Source: a virus. From it: a stretch of DNA of 64,000 nt. The DNA lies in IMG/VR virus record IMGVR_UViG_3300020162_002681, positions 82,233-146,232 of that record, one strand, 5' to 3'. A model generated the notes under the pieces. The model was not told where the DNA came from. It made no database searches and saw nothing but the letters and a program-made list of their open reading frames with translations. Positions 9,801 through 19,290 of this stretch are shown in pieces; position 1 is the first letter of the stretch; every line of letters starts with the position of its first letter. A program made the position numbers and the translations under genes.

Positions 9801-12641
9801 AAATGCTACGCTGGTACTTACTGCAATAGGAACTGCACTATTAAAACTTTGGAGTTTCCTTAGTTGACTAGAAAGGATAATTCTTTTTTGTTCATTATCC
9901 GCAGCTTTCTCTTGTTCTTTACTTTGAGCTTGTAAGGCTTGTAGTTGGTCTTGAAAATCTTGAACTCTTTCCCGACTTCCAATACCACCCTTCTCTTCTT
10001 CACTCTTTATTTTTGCGCGAATACCTTCAAGACGTTTTTCAATTATATCTTTCTGACCTTCAAAAGAACTCTTGACAGCTTGAACATCTTCTTCATTAAG
10101 AACAATCCCAAGTTGAATTTTCTGCTTTACAGTTTTTTCAGACTCTGTAATAGCTTTAAAATCGCCAGTCTTTATATTTGCTTGGTCAGTATTGATTTGG
10201 GAAGTTAACAGTGCTGTTGACTGGTCTATCTTCTTTTGGAATACGTCATTTTGAGCAGCATTACCATTGAGTATATTGAAACTTTGACCTAGGTTACTGA
10301 TTACAGTATTGAGTACTCTCGCTTCTTCGCTCATAGCTTTTAGTTGAGAGCGAGTATCTGTAATACCTTTTACAAAGTCGTCAAGTCCTGCAACACCCTT
10401 AAGTTCCTTTAAATTCTCAGTAAGCTCCTGTACTTCGGGAATACTAGCAGCATTACTATAAGCGTTGAAAGCTGTGATACCTCCAGCTATCGCTGTGGTG
10501 GCGAGGGCAATCCCTCCTCCGACAAGACCTGTAGACAAGGCAAAACTTCCAAGCTCTTTAGCCGCACCGCCAATAACGTTACGAATTGGTGCAGTAGCTT
10601 TACCTAATTTGCTTATTGCTCCCCCTGCTTTATTAAGTAAATCATTATCGCCAGAAGCCAACCCAATAACACCACTTACAGTACCTTTGACAGTATTCCC
10701 TACTGCTCGACCAGCACGTAGAATTTCACTGCGCTCTGTTATAGATGCAGGATTTTTAACGGGGGCAGGTTTTGTGACTACAGGAGAAGTTTGTGGTGTC
10801 TGTACTTGGGGGGAAGATATAACATCGGCAGCTACTTTTGCGGTATCACTGCCAACCTTAGCAATTTCGTCATTAACTTGAGTTACAAGCCCCTTAACTC
10901 TCTTTACTACAGCACTAGCTAGACGAACTACAGCATCTTCAATCTTTTGAGCTAAGGTCTTAACATTAATATCCCCCTCATCAAGTTTCAATGCAGATTT
11001 AATTGTCTGACCTAAACGACCAAGATTCTTAAACAGAAAGGAGAAAAATGCAAGAGGAGCGACCACACTGAATACGCTACCGATAAACCCAGAGACAGCT
11101 TGAAACTTATTAGCTATACCATCAAGTTGACCTGCAAATGTACCAAAACTACTGCTGCTCTTAGTCGCAAGAACACCAAGCAATGTATTGGTATCTTGGA
11201 GGTTCTTTTTGACTTCTTCCCCTACACCAGAGCCAAAATCTTCTACAGCAGCTTGAGACTTATTAAACGAAGACCTAAATGCTCCTTCAAGAGTTTGCCC
11301 TCTTTCTTTGGAGCTTTGGGTTAATTTATCTTGACCTTGAGTAGTTCCAGCCTCCTCGATAGTGGCTCGGAAGTTCTTACGGTTTTCACCGCCAGATTGC
11401 AACAATGCGTTAGCGGCTTTGACTGCTTCGCTTGAACCAAAGACTTTATTAAGAGCATCACGACTTCCTCCAGTCGCTTTACCCAAACGTTCAATAAGTT
11501 TTACCAAACCCTCTTCTTTAAGAGCGCCAAAACCAAATTGAATAGGCTTACCAGCTTCGTCTCTTAAAGTACCAAGAGCTTCCTGAGCCTTAGAGCTATT
11601 ATTGACAATTTCGTTGACAAGAGATTTAATTGCAGTAGAGCCTTCCCCTGCTGAAATACCTTGGGTAGTAACAAGAGCTAACGAGGTAGCCATTTCCTCA
11701 AAGGAAACTCCAGCAGACGCACCAGTTGAGGTTAATTCAGCCGCCTCAGCATTTAATTGGTCAAGGGTGAGAATACCTACCTTAGTCGTTGCAAAGAGCT
11801 GTGCAGCCCGTTTGTCGGCATCTCTAAAGCTGTCACCAAGATTCTTGTTTGCAGCAAGTATTTTAACAATACCTTCGTTAGTTCCTTCCAGATTACCGAA
11901 ACCAACTTCCGAAAGATTTACGGAAGCTTTACCGACACTTTTTTGAGCTGACTTAGAGTTAAAGCCAGCAGAAGCAATATCATACTGAGCATTTAAGGTT
12001 TGTGCAGAATTAGTTGCAAAGTTTGTTTCGCGTTGCAATTCTCGTAATGCTTTGATACGAGCGCCAACCACACTCAAGGCAGACTCCTCTGACGAGGTGG
12101 TGATTGTGGCAAGTCGGAATGCTGCACTCTCTACTTTGCTGTAAGCTGCAACTGCGCCAATAGACCATTTTTGATACGATTGGTTGTCAAAGATAATTTG
12201 ACTGGCAGTACTGATACGGTTGAACGTGGTATCAGAAGTTTCTTCAAGAATTTTAATGTTGGCAGCAAATTCTTTTGTCCCTAGAATCGCTTCACTGAAA
12301 CTAATGCTTTTACTTACACCCGCAAGACTTTTTAAAGATTGCGCAGCCGCATCTATAATGCTTTTTGCACCTTGAAGCTTACTAAAGGCACTACTAATAT
12401 TTGCAATACCGAATGTGGCATTTACCGCAATAGAGCCAACCGCAGTGAGAGATGTACCTAGCTTAGCCGTTTGACTTATATTAGACGACCAAGCCCCTGA
12501 TAACTTTGTAAGCCCTTTTTCAAGCTCTACAACGTTACCAAGCGTACCTTTAATATCGTCCCCAATATTTAGAGTGCCTTTATTGATGGCATCTCTAAGC
12601 CCTAACTGAGCTGGAGTTGTATCTATTGCTGGCGCTGCCAT
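6870..12641 (-). CDS. Tail tape measure protein
   Basis: 1,923 aa, Ala/Gln/Lys-rich and helical; TP901-like core (AQYDIASAG...GVSFEEMATSLALVTTQGISAGEGSTAIKSL); follows the frameshifted chaperone pair. Confidence 0.92.
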   Translation of the reverse strand: MAAPAIDTTPAQLGLRDAINKGTLNIGDDIKGTLGNVVELEKGLTKLSGAWSSNISQTAKLGTSLTAVGSIAVNATFGIANISSAFSKLQGAKSIIDAAAQSLKSLAGVSKSISFSEAILGTKEFAANIKILEETSDTTFNRISTASQIIFDNQSYQKWSIGAVAAYSKVESAAFRLATITTSSEESALSVVGARIKALRELQRETNFATNSAQTLNAQYDIASAGFNSKSAQKSVGKASVNLSEVGFGNLEGTNEGIVKILAANKNLGDSFRDADKRAAQLFATTKVGILTLDQLNAEAAELTSTGASAGVSFEEMATSLALVTTQGISAGEGSTAIKSLVNEIVNNSSKAQEALGTLRDEAGKPIQFGFGALKEEGLVKLIERLGKATGGSRDALNKVFGSSEAVKAANALLQSGGENRKNFRATIEEAGTTQGQDKLTQSSKERGQTLEGAFRSSFNKSQAAVEDFGSGVGEEVKKNLQDTNTLLGVLATKSSSSFGTFAGQLDGIANKFQAVSGFIGSVFSVVAPLAFFSFLFKNLGRLGQTIKSALKLDEGDINVKTLAQKIEDAVVRLASAVVKRVKGLVTQVNDEIAKVGSDTAKVAADVISSPQVQTPQTSPVVTKPAPVKNPASITERSEILRAGRAVGNTVKGTVSGVIGLASGDNDLLNKAGGAISKLGKATAPIRNVIGGAAKELGSFALSTGLVGGGIALATTAIAGGITAFNAYSNAASIPEVQELTENLKELKGVAGLDDFVKGITDTRSQLKAMSEEARVLNTVISNLGQSFNILNGNAAQNDVFQKKIDQSTALLTSQINTDQANIKTGDFKAITESEKTVKQKIQLGIVLNEEDVQAVKSSFEGQKDIIEKRLEGIRAKIKSEEEKGGIGSRERVQDFQDQLQALQAQSKEQEKAADNEQKRIILSSQLRKLQSFNSAVPIAVSTSVAFNSSAKAQFNQLKETLDKVFVIDKIDISKVDPQEFSKILPKLQGVLSNITVQADIDPKGAIEGLQRLTKDVRVMQFVASDPTAQKAMDEAFKVATDKILSYNNTVTNSYTKLFSVISGAGAVGGEAIGSATKKSLQGIKGNIEALRASLAAPNISAQDYADRLSKIADLSAEAFSVKNSGQISEELGKRKQLLTFNQGLLEVQKNIVSVFAQESKFGSFSVSLAQAKLAAAEKELSVKQESLAISAREEEITKNNILEAAQAELGNRQKQLQQVLKSGNISVEDSSSSGAANTKIDLANTQAVQQVKDTAKKDQTLAEQSLQKSREATDKGLVKIDDSQITTLIEEQRTKLRNSGRVSNTAKVDKIANEKVNSIVTSNEDGKFINLRELQNLGNGQGDEATKIADLLLANTQKSESSKQSDIDSAKKRASDVVGASDQLKERVNSIDLESAKKVVQQAEQDLKFTVVANRLKQEIGALAETIARNEAAIDASFAGQQRLIDISKGIGDAFSSLGSTASSLFSASSLGSVFSNIGSKLSDRTGQVLLDANKEISKITARLNTVQVVRDRVASANADAKKSGVSNPDLEKQQKDIEKQLKTAKAEADRDLQYIKQRTILEGVNASLERFGAIAKEGADKLDKVANLANARLDLQGRREQTTLQSNQATRGFSNSVLGLFGQNNPAAQALVGRNEILGTIDKTKADKNEAGRTGEKELNTLEVQRQQLLTENLMLTNALTQTQLLGKLVEKIDPTSGIQVGDISSVNQVIGNIPKNIADAQAQTAKSLALNTDTQNVVRQETQSKIRNIDLSGQSQILEIAKNNPTAGLGSPEVFAALRNGINLSRQQPIQQIEERKPFGASFDQTQKELQGIGGNTRDTIKQQAQEYQAFLQKDAKKITNEFAAASPNKPQNPASASSQQNLSVVVNNTISLDGVKTSFSGDSLNKVGAAVGKSGDVISKAFNDFGKQFLDLSKTAFGV

Positions 12642-12685
12642 TCCTACCTACATTCTTTTCTGCCTCTGTTTATTGTACCATCAGG

Positions 12686-13138
12686 CTAATTGAAAAACTC
12701 AAAGCTGTATTTCTTGATACCTCTTAATGTCTTTTTCTGTTCAAGTCCTCGCCAAGAGAAAGGTTTGTCGGACACTTCATCCAACAGCTCGTTGAATTTT
12801 TCATTCTTCAATTCTTGGATTTTAATATCGGGAGAACGTGCAGATTCGCGCTTAAGGGCTAAAAGTGTGCGAATTTCCCAGTAATCGAGAGTTCTCCACA
12901 ACTCCAAAGCATTCTCTGGATATGCAGAGAGAAGGCAGTCGAGTATAATATCGCTGCCCTCAAATTCTACAGGGTCTTGAAACTGAGGGAAATACGGTTC
13001 GGTTAGTTTGCTTCTGTTTTTGGTTTTGACGCTTCCACCAGAGTCTCCAGTTCCTTCTCTCTGTCCAGAAGAATCTTGCCTTGACTCAATCTCCACTGAT
13101 GCCAGTGAATTTGGAGTTGAGACTGGAAGGGCAAAAAA
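12686..13138 (-). CDS. Tail assembly chaperone, gpT-like part reached by -1 frameshift
   Basis: The -1 frame is open from TTTTTTG (13132-13138) through VEIESRQD to the stop at 12686. Confidence 0.75.
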   Translation of the reverse strand, partial: FFALPVSTPNSLASVEIESRQDSSGQREGTGDSGGSVKTKNRSKLTEPYFPQFQDPVEFEGSDIILDCLLSAYPENALELWRTLDYWEIRTLLALKRESARSPDIKIQELKNEKFNELLDEVSDKPFSWRGLEQKKTLRGIKKYSFEFFN

Positions 13139-13533
13139 TGTAATTTACTTACCTCTGGTTCGGTAGCACCTTCTACATATGCGCGAGTTTTTTCGTCAAT
13201 TGAACCGTTAAAAATTAGCTTAACAAGTTGCTCCCAATTGTCTTTGATGTCTTCATAATCTAAATAAACATCATTGTTGTCTGCATCTTTTTTACCTTGT
13301 ACTGGAAGTAGCCCCACATATTCTCTGATAAGCTCTACTACATCGTCCTCTACAAAAAGTTCAGCAATAGCACCATTGGATTGTACATACTTGCCAGTCA
13401 ATTCACTTTGTAATTCAATAAGCCGTTTCAAATTGCTTTGAGGTGTACGTTTAACTCGGCATTTAGTTCCATCATCTAGAACGACTTCGAGGGTTTGGTA
13501 AGATGGTTTGCTTGATACTGATGAGGCTGCCAT
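13003..13533 (-). CDS. Tail assembly chaperone (gpG-like)
   Basis: 176 aa, upstream of the tape measure, with slippery heptamer T TTT TTG. Confidence 0.75.
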   Translation of the reverse strand: MAASSVSSKPSYQTLEVVLDDGTKCRVKRTPQSNLKRLIELQSELTGKYVQSNGAIAELFVEDDVVELIREYVGLLPVQGKKDADNNDVYLDYEDIKDNWEQLVKLIFNGSIDEKTRAYVEGATEPEVSKLHFLPFQSQLQIHWHQWRLSQGKILLDREKELETLVEASKPKTEAN

Positions 13534-13909
13534 AGAATTGTCCTAGTTCTGTTTTTTCGTTGAGTAAAGTATTGTTTTGTAAAATCAAGTCTGGCTGGAA
13601 GCTGTATATTCCTTTATAGCCATAAGACTCATTTCGAGGCTCTTCAGTCTGATGCACAGACCTTAGAAAGAAGGTTTCTATTTTTCCGTCAAAAGATATA
13701 ACGTAGAAAAATAAGTCAAATATGTAGTCCAATACGAGTGGACTTTCGTAGTAACTACTATAGCATAGCTCTATGGTGCTATTTTTCTTGAAGTCAGACT
13801 CGATAATTACACTGTAAGGTGAAGGAAATGTAAAAAAATTGCCATCAATATCTCTAATAAAGAGGCTACTGATGGCAAAGTATTTAGTTCCAAGGCATTC
13901 GATAGCCAT
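13472..13909 (-). CDS. Hypothetical protein in tail region
   Basis: 145-aa ORF in the operon. Confidence 0.5.
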   Translation of the reverse strand: MAIECLGTKYFAISSLFIRDIDGNFFTFPSPYSVIIESDFKKNSTIELCYSSYYESPLVLDYIFDLFFYVISFDGKIETFFLRSVHQTEEPRNESYGYKGIYSFQPDLILQNNTLLNEKTELGQFYGSLISIKQTILPNPRSRSR

Positions 13910-13915
13910 GCATTA

Positions 13916-14767
13916 TTATACGCCAGTTGGAGCAGCTACACCAGCAAGAGTGCGGTAGGTGTCGAGGTCAGTTTCATAACGACCGATGTTGTTGTAGGTC
14001 AGGCTGTCGTATACCAAGCCGTTAAATCCCTCAGTACTACCCTTAACTTGAGAACCGTTAAGTGCTGTAGTGTCAATGGTAATAACTGCTTTGGCAGTTG
14101 TCAAGCTATCGACTGGAGTTACTTTCAATACGGTGAATACTCCATCAATTGCGCCACCCTTGATAGTAACGTTGCCAGCAACACCAGTAGTTGCTACCGT
14201 AGAGTCGAAATCAACTTCGTTAGGGTTAGAGGTTGCTGTGCTCTTGCGAACGGCTGTGACACGAATTTTAGGGGTAATGGTGAGGTCAGCAATCTTACTT
14301 TCCGTAAGTGTTTTGTCAACGTAAATTTTCCTAGCTACATAATCAATCTTAGTAACAATTGTACTAGCTGGGATGCCAGTACCCGCAGAAGCTACTGTAA
14401 TTGCGTCACCAGATTTCACACCAAGGTTGGTGCTGTTATAAGTTTCGTCGAAGGTAATCTCTTTCAGTCCAGAAGCGAGGTAAGCGTCAGCAACAGTAAC
14501 GTTGCTCTTTGCGGTCAGCGAACCAGTAGCAACCGCAGTAATAAAATCGCCTACACGAACACCATCAAATGCACCAGCAACTTCAGCCTTCAGCTTGGAT
14601 TGAGTAGCGATAGGGATGACCGACGCAGTGATGTCAGCTTGAGCAAGAGCGATAGTGATAGGGATGTACTCAGAATCACCAATTGTCTTAATTGGGTTAG
14701 TACCGAAGTCTAGAGTTGTGAGAACTTTAGGGTTAGCTACGCCCAAAGCAATTTGAATATTTGACAT
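13916..14767 (-). CDS. Virion structural protein (possible major tail or accessory protein)
   Basis: 283 aa, Thr/Ala/Val-rich, own extended -10 promoter, between neck and chaperone genes. Confidence 0.5.
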   Translation of the reverse strand: MSNIQIALGVANPKVLTTLDFGTNPIKTIGDSEYIPITIALAQADITASVIPIATQSKLKAEVAGAFDGVRVGDFITAVATGSLTAKSNVTVADAYLASGLKEITFDETYNSTNLGVKSGDAITVASAGTGIPASTIVTKIDYVARKIYVDKTLTESKIADLTITPKIRVTAVRKSTATSNPNEVDFDSTVATTGVAGNVTIKGGAIDGVFTVLKVTPVDSLTTAKAVITIDTTALNGSQVKGSTEGFNGLVYDSLTYNNIGRYETDLDTYRTLAGVAAPTGV

Positions 14768-14815
14768 TTAGTTTTTGTTCTTATCGATAAGATTTACTTT
14801 AAGTATACCATTTGC

Positions 14816-15297
14816 TTAATAGGCAAACACAGCGCAATTAATTTTAGCGTAATCGTATACAAGGTCAGTAGTTGTAGATGATTCATATTTGATAGTGATA
14901 CCTTTCTCTTTGTCGATAGTAAAAGGTATAACATCGTCAACTTCACTATTTTGAAGAATGCGCTTAATTTCTTTAGCTACATGAAAAGTTAGTCCTGATG
15001 CTGTATCTTTGGCACTGTAGGCTAACACATAAGCGATAGTGAGACTGACTATATCTCCATTACCAATTTGAAATAGAGAAGATTCCTCATTTCTAAATAT
15101 CTTCAAAAGGGGGTAGATATTCGTCCCTAGAGGCAGTTTATTAGTATTGTCTACTGTGTAACTAGAGATAGCTTTCTTGCCACCTAGAGCCGTATTAAAC
15201 GTAATGTTGACTTCATTACGGATATAAGCTGCAATAGTTTGTAAATCTACATCAGGGAATTTATAGTTAGCTACATAGTTGGGGCGCTCAATAAACA
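14816..15297 (-). CDS. Putative tail completion/terminator protein (likely start MFIER)
   Basis: Size and position after the head-tail adaptor. Confidence 0.45.
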
Positions 15298-15300
15298 TAA

Positions 15301-15999
15301 TTACCAAAAGCTCACTGTATCTTGGTTACGCATATCAGCAGAGTAGTATGGGTAGCGCGTTCGTCTTGTTTGTACATTATTTCTGATAAATTCACCATCC
15401 ATGCCGCCCACTGACTCACTAAAATCATCCGCACAGTAAAAGCTAGGTTCTATACTATTTCGTTTGAAAATATCTGTGTCGCCGTTACCATCATTGTTAT
15501 AGTCATAACCAATGTAGTCCTTAAGAACTTCACCAGCAAGTACAATATTTTTATTAGCTAGTTGAGGTGCGTTGGCATCATTCTGAATAGCTTGTAGACT
15601 AGCATTTGCACCAGCTACAAAGATGCCTGTACCAGCAAATAGCGATTGCAAGCGGTCTAAGCCACGTTGTAGAGTTACCTGACTAAATCCATCGTTATTG
15701 GCATCTCCATCGGTTTGACGCGGAAATTTGAAATCGACGATTTTGGCAATAGCTAGGTCTTCAGCAATCATCTTCAGATAGTTGACCGTAGATGCTTCTG
15801 TAAGCTTTAGAGGAAATTCATAGAGCATTTGAAGGTGAGTATCCATATCTCCAATTTCTACTTCCTCTACAAGCATTTCTACAGTAGCTTCATCGATTTC
15901 TTGAGTAGCAATTCCTGTGATGCCAGAGGTCTCTTGTTCTACAACTTCGAGACGACCTTTGAGTTTGCGTGTGAGTGAAACTAGATTTGCGTATTTCAT
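15301..15999 (-). CDS. Putative head-tail adaptor (Mu gp36-like)
   Basis: MKYANL...DTHLQMLYEFPL...LKMIAEDLAI pattern; position after the capsid gene. Confidence 0.55.
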   Translation of the reverse strand: MKYANLVSLTRKLKGRLEVVEQETSGITGIATQEIDEATVEMLVEEVEIGDMDTHLQMLYEFPLKLTEASTVNYLKMIAEDLAIAKIVDFKFPRQTDGDANNDGFSQVTLQRGLDRLQSLFAGTGIFVAGANASLQAIQNDANAPQLANKNIVLAGEVLKDYIGYDYNNDGNGDTDIFKRNSIEPSFYCADDFSESVGGMDGEFIRNNVQTRRTRYPYYSADMRNQDTVSFW

Positions 16000-16533
16000 T
16001 TAACCGTACAGTAATTTTCCAGCGTAGGGTAGATAACCTTGACGAATTGCAGACTTACCTTCCCTAAAGGTGTCTAACTTGGCTCGATAGTTAGCACGTT
16101 GGTTAGCACTCTCACGGATTTTATTCTTGGCTTCCACTTCTTGCTGACGATGGATTGCTTCGTTAATCTGTTGGTCAGACATTTCCGCTAGTTCGTCGTC
16201 AGGAATGTCGTCGATGCTGTAGTATCTTTGACGACCTGTTAGGTTGAGAAATTCGGCTACTCCGCTACGCTCCGAGGCAGAAAAAAGAATTGAGGGCTTG
16301 CCAGAACTGAAAGAAGTGATGTCGGTATTCATGAATGCGAATGTCATGTTTTTGCCCATACCTTCTGAGATAACACCTTTGCGGCGTTTTACGACTGGCG
16401 CTGTGAAACCACCGCTTTTCTTGTTGGTTGCGTTGGGACGAGACTGGGGCAACCGTTCACCGAACATCGGTTTCATTGCCCCTTGCTTCATCTTGTTGGG
16501 TAGCGAGTTAGTTGGAAGTTGATTGGTTAGCAT
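16000..16533 (-). CDS. Hypothetical protein with internal AEF motif (putative head cargo)
   Basis: 177 aa; contains LFSASERSGVAEF linker. Confidence 0.5.
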   Translation of the reverse strand: MLTNQLPTNSLPNKMKQGAMKPMFGERLPQSRPNATNKKSGGFTAPVVKRRKGVISEGMGKNMTFAFMNTDITSFSSGKPSILFSASERSGVAEFLNLTGRQRYYSIDDIPDDELAEMSDQQINEAIHRQQEVEAKNKIRESANQRANYRAKLDTFREGKSAIRQGYLPYAGKLLYG

Positions 16534-17041
16534 TGATATTCTCTGCGGTGTAGCCGAATGTCTTTAAGCCTTCATAAACTAGACCTACTGTGGGGTCGGG
16601 TAGTTCAAAGTCGATAACGGCGATGTCTTCCCATTTCTTGCTTTTAAGTGGGGAAATTTTGTCTAGTTGACTGTATGATTCAATCTTAGCATCTTTACGA
16701 TATTCGACAATTTTTTGGGTTGCTACTTTTCCTACGAACTTAAGAGCTTCGATTTCGGATGCGGCGCAAGAGTTAATCTTCAGCTTTTTGACACTGGCGA
16801 TGACTGGAACGTTTTGGAACGAGACATCGTTGCTGGAGACGAAGTTGATGTCAGGTGCTGCGGTTGTGGGTTGGATGGACTGGAAGTCTGAGGCATTCAC
16901 TAAGATTGCAGTGGACTTAGCTCTAGCTTCTGCAATGTCGATTTCATATTCTTTATACTCACCTGCTAAGACAGTGTGACCATCTGAGTTGATGTACGCA
17001 GGGAAGATGCGGTAGATGCGTGGAGGTGTTTTTTGGGTCAT
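16508..17041 (-). CDS. Helix-hairpin-helix (ComEA-like) DNA-binding protein
   Basis: LKINSCAASEIEALKFVGKVATQKIVEYR...IESYSQLDKI; likely start MTQKTPP at 17041. Confidence 0.75.
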   Translation of the reverse strand: MTQKTPPRIYRIFPAYINSDGHTVLAGEYKEYEIDIAEARAKSTAILVNASDFQSIQPTTAAPDINFVSSNDVSFQNVPVIASVKKLKINSCAASEIEALKFVGKVATQKIVEYRKDAKIESYSQLDKISPLKSKKWEDIAVIDFELPDPTVGLVYEGLKTFGYTAENINANQSTSN

Positions 17042-17063
17042 TTTTGTATAAGTATAGATGTAT

Positions 17064-17880
17064 CTATGATAGCAGAGATTGGAGAGCTTCTTGCCTAGCG
17101 GTATAAGCAAGTTCTGGTGTATCAAACGTACCAATATAGATTTTTTGTTTGTTTACGACTAATCGAGCTTCATACTTGTCGTATTTACCTTTTTTATACA
17201 CACCAGACGGTAGCTTTCGGGATTTTTTGGGGCTGGTCAGTTGAGCCTTATCTAATTCTTCTTTTACAGAGCTATCTTTGTCCCAGTAAAATTTTTCAGC
17301 TAAGATTCTAACATAACAAGCTTCTTTCTCTGTTTCGTAAGACCCCAGATAGATTGATTTTTTTATTTACCTTAATACTTGTTTCCCACCTTGCACCTTC
17401 GGATTTCCTATAGGCACTATCTCCCCTCTTTCTTCTCGATTCTATCATAAGCGTCTTATTTTCTTCTGAATGAGTTTTTCCGTAAAAGGGATTATTCTTA
17501 CCTAATGTTTGCTGTTTCTTTTTTATTTTTCTGTGAGGCTCATCTTCAGATATTTTACCAAAAGCTCTAGTAGACCTAGTTTGGTTGTAGCAAAGTTTCC
17601 AATCTGTAATTGAATCTAGGTAAGTTTGTTCAATATCTAATAAATCCTCATTGCTCTTATTTTCACAATTTTCTAAAACTTCTATATTAAAAATAGAATC
17701 CCCATGCAGATTGAAAACTCTTTGTAAATGCTTATTATTGTGTGTCTGCTTCCTTAATTTGTAAAAATGCTCCCTAATCCTAATTCTAATGTTTTGGCTA
17801 CTGCCAATGTAGAAGAATTTAGAGTCTGTATTGGTTATTTTGTAAATACCTTTAATATTAGGTATATTGTTTAAATCCAT
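17064..17880 (-). pseudogene. GIY-YIG homing endonuclease with NUMOD3 and two AP2-like domains, frameshifted at an A7 run
   Basis: GIYKITN...FYIGSS; NPFYGKTHSEE; removing one A at 17358-17364 restores KKSIYLGSYETEKEA...KIYIGTFDTPELAYTAR to the stop at 17064. Confidence 0.85.
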
Positions 17881-17973
17881 AATTTTTTTACTGGTTAATC
17901 TGGAAAATTAAAAAGTGGCAGGGTTCCAGAAACCTTTTCCCGTAGCTATCGGTATCCACATACCTATAATAAC

Positions 17974-18012
17974 AAAAATCCCTCAACCAACAATCTGTCG
18001 GAAGAGGGATTT
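17974..18012 (-). terminator. Intrinsic terminator after the major capsid gene
   Basis: AAATCCCTC...GAGGGATTT stem followed by a T-run on the minus strand. Confidence 0.7.
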
Positions 18013-18036
18013 AATTTTTGATTATCTCAACTAAGA

Positions 18037-19272
18037 TTAGGAGATGATTGTTTGACCCCTAGAACTATCGAAAGTCAGGAAGTCTGCAAGAGAAATAGAC
18101 GACGCAATATTTACATTTTTTGCAACCTTACGTGCCATTCCGCATTTCGCGATAGTCGGACACGCTATGAGCTGCATCGAGACCGACTCAGAAATATCTA
18201 AAATTGGGGTCTTAGACCATGTTCTTTGGAAAATTCCTGCCCGTTGATTGTTCTCGATAGTTCCGCCAAGAATACGGTTAAATTGTCCTTGACGAGACAA
18301 GAATACAACAGTACCTTCATCCAACAAACGAGTCGGTGCTGAAGCGCCATTCGCATCACTAAGCTCAACTTGTCCATCTTCAAGAACAAACTTAGGCAAG
18401 AAACGACGACTCATTACTTCGTTAAGTTGGTCAATAGAAGGTGTGCCAGTGATTACGTTACCAATAACGTTAGCAGCAACTACAGCTTCTTTAACAGACT
18501 TACAACGAGCAATATTCAAAAGCAAGCGCTCAGAGATTGCAATTTCGTCAGCAGGGAAACCATTAGTGTACTTGTACTGAGTGTGCATATCTGCAAGGTC
18601 TTGCAGAGGGTCAGCAGTTTCGTGCTGAGTCCAATCACGCTTCAATGAGTCAACAGTTTCAGTCCCAGCAAAGTCGGTTTGGTAGATTGGAAATGGAAAG
18701 TGGTTGGCGCGAATGCCGATTGCCTTTGTCCAGTCCAAGTCTGCGCGTAGACCTGTACGTTGGTCAGTGTACTGCATCTTACCAGTCTGCAATGTCTGCC
18801 AAGCCAAGTAGTCGATAAGGTTAATGTGACCGCGAACAAGCGAAGCAAGAGTACCAAAGATATTCTTGGCGAGTTCGTTATCTTGACCGAGTTGAACCTT
18901 ACCTTCCGAAACTTGAATGTTCTGAATGGTGATGTTGCGAATCTTAGCAAGCTCAGAAACCTCAGCCATTCTCCATTGGGTATCTTCATCCCAGTGGTAA
19001 GCAATCGCAGCTTTGTAGTTACGAGCTTGAATTTTGCTGAAGTCTCCTTTTTTAGCTTCAGGATAATCTTGTCCTGTAGCTACGAGAGACGCAATGGGGT
19101 CAACAGTTGTCGAGATGTAAGCAAGCCAGTCACGACCAGTCTTCTCAACCAAAGGAACGTAAGTATTGAGAACCTTAGAGCGTTCCTTCAACTGACGGAG
19201 GGTGTTGTTTACAACGAGGTCGGCAGCTTTAGCAGCGCGTCCTTCTTTTAAGAAATTTTCAATGTATGCCAT
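18037..19272 (-). CDS. Major capsid protein (lambda gpE-like)
   Basis: 411 aa; WQTLQTGKMQY...LDW and WT...ADPLQDL motifs of the gpE family; follows protease, scaffold and decoration genes. Confidence 0.85.
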   Translation of the reverse strand: MAYIENFLKEGRAAKAADLVVNNTLRQLKERSKVLNTYVPLVEKTGRDWLAYISTTVDPIASLVATGQDYPEAKKGDFSKIQARNYKAAIAYHWDEDTQWRMAEVSELAKIRNITIQNIQVSEGKVQLGQDNELAKNIFGTLASLVRGHINLIDYLAWQTLQTGKMQYTDQRTGLRADLDWTKAIGIRANHFPFPIYQTDFAGTETVDSLKRDWTQHETADPLQDLADMHTQYKYTNGFPADEIAISERLLLNIARCKSVKEAVVAANVIGNVITGTPSIDQLNEVMSRRFLPKFVLEDGQVELSDANGASAPTRLLDEGTVVFLSRQGQFNRILGGTIENNQRAGIFQRTWSKTPILDISESVSMQLIACPTIAKCGMARKVAKNVNIASSISLADFLTFDSSRGQTIIS

Positions 19273-19290
19273 TTTTTGTATTATTCTCCG

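Noticed and set aside
7876-11951. Plus-strand ORFs inside the tape measure gene, and similar shadow ORFs within other late genes
   Set aside because: Antisense shadows of long genes with no motifs.
16508-17041. PsbU-like photosynthesis gene
   Set aside because: Only a generic HhH motif, with no signal peptide; ComEA-like DNA binding is more parsimonious.
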